Positions 12,974 to 25,280 of a stretch of 64,000 bases of DNA are shown piece after piece. Within the stretch, counting starts at the first letter, position 1, and each line of letters starts with the position of its first letter. The notes beneath the pieces were generated by a model, which saw nothing but the letters and a program-made list of their open reading frames with translations, did no database searches and had not been told where the DNA came from. Source of the DNA: Guillardia theta CCMP2712 (taxonomy: Eukaryota > Protista > Cryptophyta); contig NW_005434614.1 of NCBI RefSeq assembly GCF_000315625.1, positions 364,404-428,403 of the forward strand, given 5' to 3'. The translations under genes were made by a program, and so were the position numbers.

Positions 12974-13058
12974 CTGCACGCGTGGTGTAGGGGAAGCTGC
13001 CAGGGCGCCAAGGAAGCTGCAAGCGAGAGGTTTGTATACTTCAAATAGCTTTCTAAGT

Positions 13059-14307
13059 ATGGTTCTTCAGTATGATGAAAATGTTCGCAACCTGCTGTAT
13101 CGGAGATCATGCCAATACACGCAGAGCGGACTTGTGGATGCCTCTGTCCTCGAAGCTGATCTCGTCGAGAGGGTGAAGAGCTTCGCGAAGCGTTATCCGA
13201 ACAGCAGGACAGCCCAGGCTTGCAAGGCTGTGGAGGGATGCACCCCCGACGCTATCGCAGAAGCCATCCGCTCGACATGTCAGCAGGCACGACGTGAGCT
13301 TCTGCAAGAAGCGATGACTGGATGGAGTGACGCATCCAGAGAGTGGTTTATGCAGCAGATTGAAGAAGCCAAGAAGGAGAAGGTCGAGACATACACCGCC
13401 TCAGCAGGCAACGAGGTGACTTCCTTCATCTCCATGACTCTCCTGGGCATCTCCTCGGTGTATGTCAACCATGAAGAAAAGCTGAAGAAGAAATTTGAAG
13501 AGATCGGACTGATCGTAGACTCAGTGCAAGAGAGTAAAGCAATCATGTGGAAGGCTCCGTATAGACCCGAGATAGCGAGTGCTGAGGAGATCCCGGTGAC
13601 TGTTTCCTTCCTGCGCAATGCACCAGCGGAGAAGCTCTGGCAGGGAAGAGAGGACTTCGCGATCGATGGTCGCAAGTTCACAGCTGTACATGTGAGCATC
13701 GTACACGATCGATCTTTCAAGATTCGAGCCAAGAGAGGACCCTGGGGCAAAGGGGGCAGCTTGGCAGAGCTGACTCACCTGCTAACCTTGGGCGGCATGA
13801 CAACGGCTGAGATAGCTGCCGTCTATCGCTATCAGCTGCTGCGCCAGTCCCTTGCAGCGGTCCAACTCCAGCCGCTGGCAGGCATGCTGGTCGCTGGGGC
13901 GCCAGGACAGCAAGTCCACAAAGGCTTAGGTCAGAAAGGCTTCATCGCTGTAGGGGCCAACGTCATCTGGAGACAGAGGGAGGTGGAGTGGATCGTCTCC
14001 TCGAGCTGCCCAGAGGCGAATGATACAGCATTTCGAGCTTTCCGAGAGAGCGAAGCGATGGAGGGAGTACACCTGACTCTGTTCAGCGAGGACCCGAAGA
14101 TCAGAGAGGCGCTCGCAGTCGAGTTGACAGCTGATCGCTTTGTGTCCAGAAATAAGTTGAAGAAGGCATCAAGGATGCAGAAGAAGGCAGGCGGCAAGGA
14201 CGGCAAGGAGATCAAGATCATCATCAAGTCGACGGCGGCATCTGGTCGCTTCACGAGGAAGGAGATGGAGGGGCTGTGCAACGGCGGCAACACGTCTATC
14301 GCAAGAG
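13059..14307 (+). mobile_element. Intronless RRM-like ORF, probable ORF1 of a non-LTR retrotransposon, truncated by a gypsy LTR
   Basis: Over 1.2 kb without introns in an intron-dense genome. RRM-like pattern MTLLGIS..EEKLKKKFEEIGLIVDSV..VTVSF..AEKL..IDGRKFTAV, a basic segment and 5' tandem repeats. Confidence 0.5.
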
Positions 14308-14554
14308 TGTTGTATCCATGAGGATCCGGAACCTCGGATACTCGTCGGATACTCTGCCGGATATTCCCTATATAGGCGGACGCATCTCGTGCGGACGGCC
14401 TCCTGAATTTCCCCCACTTGCATGCACAGTGAGTGTGGGGGTTGTGCGTAGTTTACCTCCTAGTAAACTTAGAGACTTCTATTTCCTGCTTCTCAATCTT
14501 CTTCATCCTTACTTTACTCGTGTCGTTGACAATCTCTGTGTTGTGTATACAACA
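14308..14554 (+). mobile_element. 5' LTR (247 bp) of the Ty3/gypsy element
   Basis: Perfect 8 bp inverted termini TGTTGTAT...ATACAACA, an internal TATATA, and gag ATG 25 nt downstream. Confidence 0.85.
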
Positions 14555-14578
14555 TTCTGGAAGCGAAGTGGTTGATTC

Positions 14579-16080
14579 ATGACCTCGAAACAAGGAAGAG
14601 GAGGAAAGAAACCTCAGCCGGAAAGGAGCCCTCAACCTCGATCTAAGCAATCAGGAGCATTTCAAACAGAAATTGCTGAAGAGAGTTCTGAGGAAGAAGT
14701 CGAATGGAGCGAGCGGCTGCAGCTGCAGCAGCAGCAGCTTTCTCCGAGTCAGACCAGTGGATCTTTGACTCAACCTTATAGGGATGGAGATGTACAACGT
14801 GAAGCGCTGTCTAGCGCGGATCAACGGGCCCGAAACAAGAGGGATACTCCCTTGCGAAGTATTCTGCGATCAGAGGAGGCAACTCAGCGAGCAGCCTCCC
14901 CTGCAACATCGGTACGTCTGCCAAGCTCGGAAAATTTTTCATCCGACCCCGTCATGTCCTCGCCAGTGGCGCAGGACCGAGCTCTTCTCCTTCTTCGTCG
15001 AATGTGTGCCCTCCTGGCTGACACCATGCAGGACGAGCGTTTCCACATGCTCGCCAATGCTGCCGACCGCATCTCGCACGGAAAGTTACCCTGCAAGATG
15101 CTAATGCTGATATCTATTCAGCTGAGGAATCAGCTAGCGCTGAATCCTCTGATCAGGAACCAGTCCTCTCCAATCGGACTCTCGTGAATGTGCTAACGAA
15201 CTCCAAGAGTTTCAATTCCAGCCGCATTCCGATGTACAAAGGTTTTGCTGATCCCCGCTCTGTCGAAGAATTCCTTCGTCAGTGCAACCGCGAATTAATC
15301 GCTCAAGAGATCCCAACTCGCAAATGGGTGAAGAGCATCACGCCGTTGTTCACCAACGAAGTGATGGTGGTGGTAGAACGTAAGTACGGAAAGAGTCTCG
15401 AGGCCATCAACAAGCTTAAATGGGATGAATTTTCAACTCATCTAAGTTCGTGTCTAGCCCCGATGCGGCAAGCCAAGAATTATCAGACTCAGCTTGATCA
15501 GCTCAAGCAGCAGCCCAACGAATCCGCCTGGGCGTACTTGACTCGCGCCACGACACTCTTCGCAACGCTCGAATCGCAGGTAGGGTCAGCCATACTGTAC
15601 TTCAACGATCAGCCACTCCGGAAATTCATCAAGGGATTTTCGCATACGCCGACGCGCACGTCTATCCACACATGGTTTACGATTTATCGCAGTCAGTACG
15701 GACACGGAGAAGACATGTTCTCTCGCCTAGTCACTTTCATCACAGTTCTTCTGGACGATGGTGAACCGCTAACAGTGTCTAAGCAGCCTAACTCAGCTGC
15801 TGCTAACGCTGCGCAGACCTCTTCGCACACGAAGGCCAAGGCCAACGGTGGGCAGAACAAGAAGAAGTCCAACGGTAAAGAAAACCAGCGCAAGCAGAAG
15901 TCCATCCGTTGTTTTTACTGTCAAGAACCGGGTCACATCAAGCCGGACTGCGAGCAGTACAAGCGCGAAGTCGCCCTCCAGCAGGAGCGCCATGAGAAAC
16001 TCATGGCAACCCAGCATGAACAGCATGTTCAGCTTTTAGCTGCTCTTCAACCGCTCGCGACGCGTGCGGGAAACGAGTAG
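14579..16080 (+). CDS. Ty3/gypsy Gag with one frameshift near 15080
   Basis: Retrotrans-gag-like core and CCHC knuckle CFYCQEPGHIKPDC. ORF 14579 shifts -1 near cacggaaagtt into the 15184 frame (KVTLQDANAD...). Confidence 0.85.
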
Positions 16081-16127
16081 CGGCGGCAGGCAACGAGAGG
16101 GGAGCATCACTTGCTCCTCCTGCCGCT
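16068..16127 (+). promoter_or_regulatory. -1 programmed ribosomal frameshift signal between gag and pol
   Basis: G GGA AAC slippery heptamer at 16068-16074, downstream stem gcggcagg/cctgccgc with an inner ggagca/tgctcc hairpin, and a -1 frame that is open into pol. Confidence 0.85.
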
Positions 16128-18242
16128 GGTCTTTGCCCCAGCCCTCTCTTACCAGGTAGCAGCGCTTTACCTCCTCATCGGAGCTCGCTAAGCCATTTCG
16201 TGCTGCCGCCTGATCGGAACGCGTCGTGCTCAACGGCCGCGTCCCTTCCTACGGGTCAACTACATGTTTGCCCCTGCTTAGCCCTCAGCCGTGGCGACGC
16301 CTCCGCGCCGCTTCAGCTCGCCTTACCCGATCTTATTCGGCTCCCCGTTAGCGTCAGCTCTTCCCACCAGACCGTTGCCCTGCTCGATCACGGCGCGACG
16401 ATCAATATCATGTCTCAGCAGCTTTTTCAGCAGCTGGGCCTCTCCGAGACTCTGCTACAGCGTGATACGCAGTTCACCGTGCAAGTTGCGGACGACCGCC
16501 AAGTGCAAACCCTCGGCGCCGTCTCGCTCGCCTATCGCATCGGCCGCTTTTCAAGCAAAGATACGTTTCATATCTTGCCACGTTGTTCTCAACCCCTGAT
16601 CTTGTCTCTCCAGTGGATACATCGCCACAACGCTGTATACGTTCCGCGGACCCGAGAAGTGTTCGTCGATTCCCCCAAAGCTCGACGCGCCCCTCCGATT
16701 AGCTTGCCAGTTCAGCATCAAGTGCCCTACAAGGACTCGGTCTTAGCCGTGACAACCGTCTCGCTCACCGATGCTCACGCTCTGCGTGTCGCCAATCCTA
16801 ACGAGGAATGGTTCTTGTTGCACCTGCATGTCCCAACGACAGCTTCCGCCTCGGCATCTTCCGCCGACCCGGCAGTGGGCGCCCCCGCTCACCTTGCTCA
16901 AGCCCTCTCTGAGGAATTCGCCGACGTCCTCGTCGACGACCTGCCGCAAGGACTTCAGATCAACCGTCCCCCTCAGTTTGACGCTCACATTCAGCTCAAG
17001 CCAGGGACCTTGCCCATCAACTGCAGGCCATACCGCATCCCCCTTCATCTTGAAGGAGAACTCCAGGCTACCATCGCGTACATGCTCGAACACGACATCA
17101 TCGAACCATCCAATAGTGAGTTTGCCTTTCCTGTGCTTTTCAGTCGACGTCCCAACGATCCACGCTCCCCAACTGATCCCAAAAGCTACCGCTTTTGCTG
17201 CGACCTTCGCCGCTTGAACCAAGTCGTCTTGAATCAGCAGACCGCCGCAACTCCTACCGTCGATGAGATGTTGGAAAAGATCGCCGACACAGTCCGTCAA
17301 GGCAAAGCCCGTCGCAAAACCGATGAGCAGCTATGCATCACTACGCTTGATTGTATCAAGAGTTTTTGGCAGGTACTCGTACGTGTTCCTGATCGCCGAT
17401 ATCTCGCGTTCATCACACCGATTGGTCACTACCAATACAAGCGCCTACCATTTGGATTCATCACTGCCAGCAGCATATTCCAAGGATTCATCCAGCAGGT
17501 CCTCCATGATCTACCCCACACGTTTGCATACATCGACGACATCGTCATCGCTACGTATTCCACCTGGGAAGCTCATGCCGATCACGTTCGCGCCGTGCTT
17601 CAACGCTGTCGCGAGCATCAGGTCTTCCTTAAGAGAGAGAAAGCTCAATTCTTTCGCACTAGTGTTGACTTCTTAGGTCACCGTGTCTCCGCCGACGGCG
17701 TGACGACCCAACACTCCAAGACGGCGGCTATCTCCGCGTGGCCGCTACCGACGACTACTAAACAAGTCAAGATGTTTCTTGGACTAGCTTCCTATTATCG
17801 AAAGTTCATCCGCAACTTCTCGACAATAGCAGCCCCTCTGACTGACCTTCTCCGCAAGGGCGCTCAGTTTCAGTGGACTGCAGCATGTCAAAGCGCGTTC
17901 GACAACCTCAAGCAAGCTCTGACGTCTCAGCCCCTCCTGCATCACTTCGACCCGTCCATTCCCACCGAAGTGCACTGCGACGCGTCCAACGTTGGAATAG
18001 GAGGCGTACTTCTACAGCAGCCTCCCAACGCCCCCGCCCGCGTCATCGGCTTCTACAGTCGTAAGTTGACTCCGACCGAACAACGATATCACGCGACCGA
18101 ACGAGAGTTACTCGCAATCAAGGATACCATCCTTTTCTTCAAGTTCTACTTGATAGGGACTCCATTCAAGGTCTTTACTGATCATCAAGCTCTTACGTAT
18201 TTCCAGACACAGAAAGACATCAACAGCAGATTGATTCGTTGG
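16068..18242 (+). CDS. Ty3/gypsy Pol (PR-RT-RNase H), truncated before integrase
   Basis: ALLDHGAT protease site; PYRIP, RFCCDLRRLN, LPFG, YIDD, FLGH, FLGLASYYRKFI; CDAS, ERELLA, TDH, RLIRW. Confidence 0.95.
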
Positions 18243-18732
18243 TATTGGAATCAATTCCTGACTCCTAGAGTCTGTGCACAGATGAATGACTAGTAGAACA
18301 GCTCAACAGCTGACTGATAAGTCCAAAGACCAAGACTCACAGATGATGTGCGCACGAAGACACCAATGACTTTCACAGCCAACCAAACACCTCAGATAAC
18401 TCAGATCAACTTCCCAACAATCCCCAGCACTTTATTCCCAACACTCGTAGCAGCAAGACCAACCAAACAGCTTCCCTTCACACACCACCGCCTTACTTCC
18501 ACCACTGTACGAGTGCTGCCTCTTCGACAGCCGGCGCCTCTTGATTCCTCCGGCGCCGCCTCAGCTTCCCCAGGCTCCAACCAACCGGATCTTCTAAGTC
18601 ACAGACTAAGCTCCAGCCCACTAGCTTGGACCTGCAGGCTTCACTTGGTTCACAACCTGATTAGACGCATCCCTTGAACTTATCGCGTCTGAAAGAACTT
18701 CTGAGAGGTTTGTCAGAACCTGAGTTCTTACA
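18243..18732 (-). repeat. 3' LTR of the copia element
   Basis: Matches 26858-27347; preceded on the minus strand by the PPT. Confidence 0.95.
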
Positions 18733-20215
18733 CCCTCCCTTTGGGAAGCAAGTCAGAAGTCTGCAACCTTCTCAGCTTGTCAAAATCATCTGCTTAACAG
18801 CTAAGCAGCTGTCCCTTGCGATGTCCTCCTTTCCAACGCTCGCTCAAGCTTTACAAGCTGACTTCCATGCTGCTCTCCTCTCCAAGGTCATCTTGCTGCT
18901 ACCACTCCATCAACCGTTCTGCACAGGCTCATCCCCCATTTTGCATGCCTCCTGCGCTCCTCCTTCGCTTCAAGTGTGCACCCTGGTGCACCTGCGTTTC
19001 TCCTCCTGTGACACCTGCGCTCCTCCTCCGCTTGCGCTGCGGATGCAGTGCAGTCGCACCTCGCCAACAGTGCACCTGTGCTGCTCCTCCACCTGCGCTG
19101 CGGCTTCTCCCCACCATCGTAGGGCCTGCGCTGCTCCTCCAGCGCTTGCGCTTCAGCAGCACTCCTGCAGCACCTGCGCCGTCCTCCTCTAGCGCATCCT
19201 GATGCTCGTGCACTCAGCTTGTACCATCCGCATGCCACTAGAGACGCTCCTCATCCGCCTGCGCTGTCCGCATGCACCTGTGCTCCTCCTCATCTTCCAT
19301 CATAAACTCTTCCTAGCTGCCTGCAGTGTCAGCTCAAGACTAAGTCCTGAACACATCTGCATCTTTCAAGTCAGACAGCTCCTCCTCCTCTTCAACCTGA
19401 TCCTCATGATGGGATTGGTCATCATGTGACCTCTCTGAAGCGTGCACATTGAGCAATTGAATGAAGACGTCTCCACCCATTGATGATGCCAAGAATTTAG
19501 AATTCCAATCAAGCTCCAGAGATCAGGTTCAGAATTCTTGCAATTCCTTGATTGATCTCTGATTGTTTTGAACACAATTTTCTCGTTTCTAATCTATGGG
19601 CCCTTTCTATCCTATCTACCCCGGGGATCATTGTTTTGCCAAGGCACAATCATTTTTGACGTCAGCGCTTTCATTTCAACCACATGACTTATCGATCTCG
19701 ACTCATCCGTCATTTCTTTCTCAATTTTCATTTTTGGCCATTCAATTTCATCGTTCACTACCGTCATGGGTTCCATAGATCAGGATGAGCGAGTTTCTAA
19801 GATACTAACCTAGAACAGATGTCTTGGTTGCAGCTAGCCACAGGCTTGAGGAAGACGTGTCTGTCTTTATCCTCCTTCCGATTCATCCGATTCCTTCACG
19901 TTCTCCATGAGAGTCTCCTCGGTGACATCACCCGAGACACCCTCCCTGAATCGGATAGAAGACGGAAGACTGACAATTCTCGAGCGACACGGACACGGTG
20001 GCAAGGGTCCGAGACACCCTCCCTGAATCGGAGAAAAGACGGAAGATAAAGCCTGGAAGCCACCGCAGCAGGATCGGTTGAATCTCCTTGTCGGAGACTG
20101 GAGCTCGGATCACCGTCAATCACACACGGGGCATACAACTTTGGCGACTGACGGCATGGGAACAGAGTAGCACTGTCCCCGACAGAAGCGCAGAGAGCAT
20201 GACAGGCGAGCATCC

Positions 20216-22771
20216 TCAGAGCAGCATATCCGGTAAGGGGTCTCCGAAGAGAAATTCACCAAGGAGCCTCCACCGATTCAAAGGCAGAACTTTCGTCAGC
20301 AAATCACCAGGCTGATAAGAAGTATGAATCTTTTCTGGATAGAGCTCGTCCTTTTCTACCAAATCAACAGCATACTTCGTTCGAATATCAATGTGTTTGA
20401 GTCGACTATAACTTCGCTTGTCCCACAAAAGCCTCAGACATGGTTCATTGTCGATTAGCAAGAGAGTAGGACGAGTCTGCGTAAATCCCATCTGACCCAA
20501 GAGATTTCTATAAAGCTTGACTAGTTTCGCGCATGTGGTGGCAGCATAAATTTCAGCTTCTGAAGAACTCAGGGCAACAACCTTCTGCATTTTCGAACCA
20601 AAGACGACTACCCCACCATTCAGAACGATTCCATATCCGCTTTGACTCCGTCTCGTAATAATCTCGGTACCCCAACCAGCATCACTGAATGCAATCATCT
20701 CATTGACAAAACACTCCTGGTGGTAATATACTCCGTGACAATGGTATACGATCTGAACCTCCCGAGTAGTGTAAAGGTACTGTAGAAGATGAATTAAGGC
20801 ATCCATATCACACTGCCGAGGAGCACGAGCAAAGCGACTAAGGACGCTCGTCGCGAATGCGATATCAACCCGCGTACAATTTGCCACGTAGAGAATGGAC
20901 CCCAGAAGACTCTGATAAGTGCGGACTTCCTTCTTGTTCAACAACTTACCCTCCAAGTGATAAGTCTTGAGATAGTGACCAGGTAATACCGTTTTGACAC
21001 CCCTGGCAACGATTTCAAAGCGTTCAACAATCTTTTCAATGAAATGCTGTTGTGACAAAGTTATCCGACCCTGATCGTCATTCTGTTCTATTTTAATGCC
21101 CAAGAAGGTACCTGTTGCCTCACTCCCCGAAAAGTCGAATACTGTGTTGAGCTTCTCAAGAAACTCAATCTTAACTGCTTCAGTTTGAGAGACAATGAGT
21201 AAGTCATCCACGAAGACAGTCAGAAGCAAGACGTCCCCCGCACAGTTGGAGTATCGGTAGATGATCTCATCATGTCCTATCCCACTTGCTCCCACCGTCT
21301 TCAACACCTGCGTGAACTTAAGATACCATCTCCTTGGTGCAATGCGAAGTCCATAGAGCGACTTCAAGACTTTGAGGAGGCACTCAGGAGGAAGACTCAT
21401 GATATCTGGAGGAATCAAATACACAGGAACCTCCAAGTCACCATACAAGAAAGCAGCAGAGATATCCCTGAATGTGATTCTCCAACGGTTGCCTGCCGCG
21501 ATGCTCAGCAAGAGCCGGATATTGTCCAACGATGTAGTCGGTGCAAACAATTCTTCAGATGAAGGAAGTAAGTTGCCCATGATAACTAGCCGCCCCTTTC
21601 GTTTCAAGATCTTGCCCTTCAAGTCTCGTTTTGAAGTATACACCCACAAGCCGCGAGCAAGGACAGAATGATTTGACTCCCTGTTTTTCTGATCACGCGT
21701 AACAACTTCCCAGACCCCACGACTTTCGATCTTCGCAATTTCCTCCTTTTCAGCCTGCTCCCAAAGATGCCGATCCGGACGACGTAACATCTCTGACCTT
21801 GTCTTGGGATCTGGTAACTTGTCAAAACTACTTTCGTTCTCCACATTTCCTGCATCGCAAGCCGCTGTCATAGCGTAATCTGCCTGATTCTCAGGCATTG
21901 CAGCTGGATTGTCACGGTCGGGAGACATCAGAGATAACAGGTCAGACGCCAGCTCCACCGCGTCCCATACGGGAGAGACCAACGCTAGATTCGCCACAAG
22001 AAGACGCGTATCCCTGAAAGTAGGGTCCACATTAGCACTGACCTGTGGGGCAGATGACACAGGATCGACATGCTGTAAACGAGTTTTGTACATCTCATCC
22101 CTCCATACTGGAACAAAACGCTGGGATGCTGGCTGAAGGCTTGTCCTGTCTTCCCCCCTGTCCCAAACATACAAGATCTCTTCAGATTCAGTCGACCCCT
22201 GCACAATATCTGTAACTTGCAGATACTGCGAAAATTGCTTGTGCTGGGAAAGTACAACCACTTCAGGCGAACCCCCAACTGTAGCTTCGACAACATCCAT
22301 GATCTCATCCGCTGCACGATCAAGACAGGGTTTAAAAACTTTGGTATGGTCGGTCATATCACCAAAGACGTTCGGTGGAAAGCTGCACGAGTAATAATCT
22401 GCTAACATGCAGACCTCTGATATTGTCTCCCCACTTGTAAGCACCACCATTGCCTTCTGTTCGGTTTGTTCCAAAAACTTGATGTCAGGATCAGTGACAG
22501 ACCGTAACACCCAGTAATTTTCGAGAGTTGGGAAAACAATCCGCGCGAGAAACTTTCCCTCCTTGAAAACCATCTGCAAAATTTTGCCTTGCTCTACTTG
22601 ACCATTTACAAGAACTTCGACATCTCGATTGACATATTTGCTTTCCAAGACCCCTCGCTCCGCCTTGAAATCCCTCCGTGTTCTTCTGCCTGCTGGAGGA
22701 ACTGGAGACATTGCACCGTCAGGCACATATTCGGTATCATCCCTCAACCGATGCTCTCCTGTATCCTCCAC
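20216..22771 (-). CDS. Copia linker + reverse transcriptase + RNase H
   Basis: KRKGRLVIMG, DISAAFLYG, KSLYGLR, FVDDLL, FSDAGW, SSSEAE, KHID. Confidence 0.95.
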   Translation of the reverse strand: MEDTGEHRLRDDTEYVPDGAMSPVPPAGRRTRRDFKAERGVLESKYVNRDVEVLVNGQVEQGKILQMVFKEGKFLARIVFPTLENYWVLRSVTDPDIKFLEQTEQKAMVVLTSGETISEVCMLADYYSCSFPPNVFGDMTDHTKVFKPCLDRAADEIMDVVEATVGGSPEVVVLSQHKQFSQYLQVTDIVQGSTESEEILYVWDRGEDRTSLQPASQRFVPVWRDEMYKTRLQHVDPVSSAPQVSANVDPTFRDTRLLVANLALVSPVWDAVELASDLLSLMSPDRDNPAAMPENQADYAMTAACDAGNVENESSFDKLPDPKTRSEMLRRPDRHLWEQAEKEEIAKIESRGVWEVVTRDQKNRESNHSVLARGLWVYTSKRDLKGKILKRKGRLVIMGNLLPSSEELFAPTTSLDNIRLLLSIAAGNRWRITFRDISAAFLYGDLEVPVYLIPPDIMSLPPECLLKVLKSLYGLRIAPRRWYLKFTQVLKTVGASGIGHDEIIYRYSNCAGDVLLLTVFVDDLLIVSQTEAVKIEFLEKLNTVFDFSGSEATGTFLGIKIEQNDDQGRITLSQQHFIEKIVERFEIVARGVKTVLPGHYLKTYHLEGKLLNKKEVRTYQSLLGSILYVANCTRVDIAFATSVLSRFARAPRQCDMDALIHLLQYLYTTREVQIVYHCHGVYYHQECFVNEMIAFSDAGWGTEIITRRSQSGYGIVLNGGVVVFGSKMQKVVALSSSEAEIYAATTCAKLVKLYRNLLGQMGFTQTRPTLLLIDNEPCLRLLWDKRSYSRLKHIDIRTKYAVDLVEKDELYPEKIHTSYQPGDLLTKVLPLNRWRLLGEFLFGDPLPDMLL

Positions 22772-25280
22772 GGTTGATCTCCAGATGTCAGGCCTTGGAC
22801 CGAGGAAGGTGGAAATTCCAATTGGAGGCGCTTGCTCGCGGAAACTTCACTTGCGTCAGGACCAGAGCCTCCCTGACAGTGTCGCTTCCTGCCAGACGTT
22901 GCAACTTCCTCAGGAATTTGCAATTCTGTTTCACTCGCATTTTCCGAGGAGTCTTCGTCGTAGTCAGATGCCACTGGTGCACAAGGTACTAGTTCCTTCA
23001 ACAATTCATCCTCCACATTAGATGCCTGAAAACGTCGGCAACGTAATGGAAAATACAGCTCGTCAAACGTAAGATTATTCGTATGGACGATTCTATCATG
23101 CTCGATATCCCAAACCAAATACCCCACCTTATATCCAGAGAAAGCGCACGCGTTTCCCAGATTTAAACCATGAATTGCTGGATCATCCACCTTTGACGTG
23201 CGTAGTTCATTCTTGAAGAAGGTGCTGCACCCAAAAACCTTGAGCTTGCGATAGTCAAACTGCTCGGTTGTATATATCAAGTATGGTGAGGAATACCCTA
23301 GATTTCGTCCACTAGGCAGAATGTTGTACAGTAAAACTGCCTGCTGTACAGAATGCTCCCATTTGGTCCTTGGTACTCCGCTCTGACGTAGTAACGTCCG
23401 ATGAATGGACATTACGCTTCTGATTCCACGTTCAGCGAACGCATTGTAGACCTGAGAGTACTCTGGAATTTTGTCATGTCGTATCCCATGATCAACGAAA
23501 AAGCTCTCCAGCTCCACAGAGCTGAATTCTGAACCGTTGTCAGATACAATCTTCTGTACCTTAGGACGAGAGCTGTCACGATCCTCTTGTAACAGTATTT
23601 CCTTGAGGATAGCAGCCGTCTGACTTTTCGTGCGCATAGGTCGTACTCGCACAAATCCGGAAAAGACGTCCACAATGATCAAGAAATATCTATAACCACC
23701 AGGCTCGGATTGTACAATCATGTCTTTCAAATCAATATGCCAGACTTGATTGACCTCTGATGCCCGCTCCTGTCGGAAATCCGACTGTCGATGGATCGGC
23801 CGTGAGACGAACTTTGCTATTCTACAGGTGTGACAAGGAGATTTCTTTAGGCGCCTGTCGTACGTGATATACTTCACCGAATCGGCTAGTAATTTTTGAA
23901 TCTTTGCTTCCAGATGTCCGAGCCGAAGGTGCCAGATGGCCGATTCTGTCGCAGCTGACAATCGGGACTGCTCACACATGTTCTCCTCTGGCTTGAGAGT
24001 CACTAAACTTGATGGACCCCCACTGTAATTATCACCATTGCTCGTACCAGCGCAAGAGGTTGTACTGTTGCACGCCACACTAATCTTCCCATCTCCCATG
24101 AGAACCGTCTGCAAAAAGTACAACCTATCTCGTTGGAATACATCGATTTTCAATGCACCATCTTCTGAGCAAATGTAAGACTTTAGGGCACTCCTGGAGC
24201 CCCGTGATAACATGTGGTAGTCAGTCCCAAGAACATCATCCAAGCTAAGCAACGATATCGGGACAAGCGGGCATACGCGAACGTTGACAATAATCTCGTC
24301 CAGACAGGTGTTAGTTGTTGGACAAACCAGTTGCAGTCGTAATTTTCCAACCTTATCACAGACGACAGTACCTCCAGCGGTAAGCACCTGAAATTCAGGT
24401 CCAGCTTGGACATCAAACAACATAGACTCTTCCTTGACCATGGAGATATTAGCACCAGAGTCCAGCAAGAACGTATGGCCTCCAGCTCCTTCTTTCTCCT
24501 TTACCTGCAATGCAATTTCCTGCAATTCCTCGATGGTAGACGTGGAATCGAGACCAAATGTGAAATTTGCTTTCCACGCTCCTTGCCGTCGATTAGCCTG
24601 TGATGCAGATTCCGTTGCATTCTGGGCCGATGAGCGTTCAAATGGATTTGCAGGAACAGAAGATTTCTTTTCTGACTCATTCCGCTGGCCGTCTGCGTCA
24701 GCCTTCTGCTGGTGACTGTGTGAACTTGAAGAAGCATTCGCTGCCATGCGTTGAGCTGCCTGAATCAACGCTTCCCCCATCTTGCGCGTGGTTTCAGCGT
24801 CCACAACTCCCCCTGACAACAAATTCTGCAAGACAGATGACGGTTGTTCACTTTCAACCCCTCGAGGGTTAAACCGCTGATTTTTGTAGTTGCCATTATT
24901 TTGATTGTAGTTGTTGTTATTGTAGTTGTGGTTGTGATTGAAATTTCCATGACCTCGACCACCCTTCCAACCTTTGCCTCCATGTCCTTTCTGTCCACCC
25001 TGACCTCTTCCATAGCCTCCTTTAAAACTTCCTCTCCCTCCATTATGGTACCCATCCTGATTCCTCCTTCCCCTGCCACGGTAACCCGTATGGTTAGGTC
25101 CGCCGTCCCCCTCGCCTCCGCGGCCAGGGAAACCACCACGGTATGAGCTAGGGTCAAACGCCGCCTGATCTTGTCCCGTCCTACCAGGTCCTGAAGGAGC
25201 TTGACCAGAAGCCTGGTAAAACGTTGGGACGTTCCCGACCGGACCTTGGATAGGAAATGGATACATAGAGGCACGGTTGA
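22744..25280 (-). CDS. Copia RGG-rich Gag C-terminus + protease + integrase
   Basis: LLDSGA, IWHLRLGH..CHTC, WHIDL, SDNGSEF, AERGIRS. Confidence 0.95.

Noticed and set aside
14555-14575. Gypsy PBS tggaagcgaagtgg
   Set aside because: Plausible position, but I cannot assign a tRNA or a self-priming partner by eye.
18348-19238. ORFs in the LTR and 3' UTR as an env-like gene
   Set aside because: Repeat-derived, mostly antisense, with no TM or signal features.
22769-25280. TCAACCGTG present in both copia frameshift overlaps as a recoding signal
   Set aside because: The two shifts go in opposite directions, and a shared 9-mer between windows of this size is not unlikely by chance.
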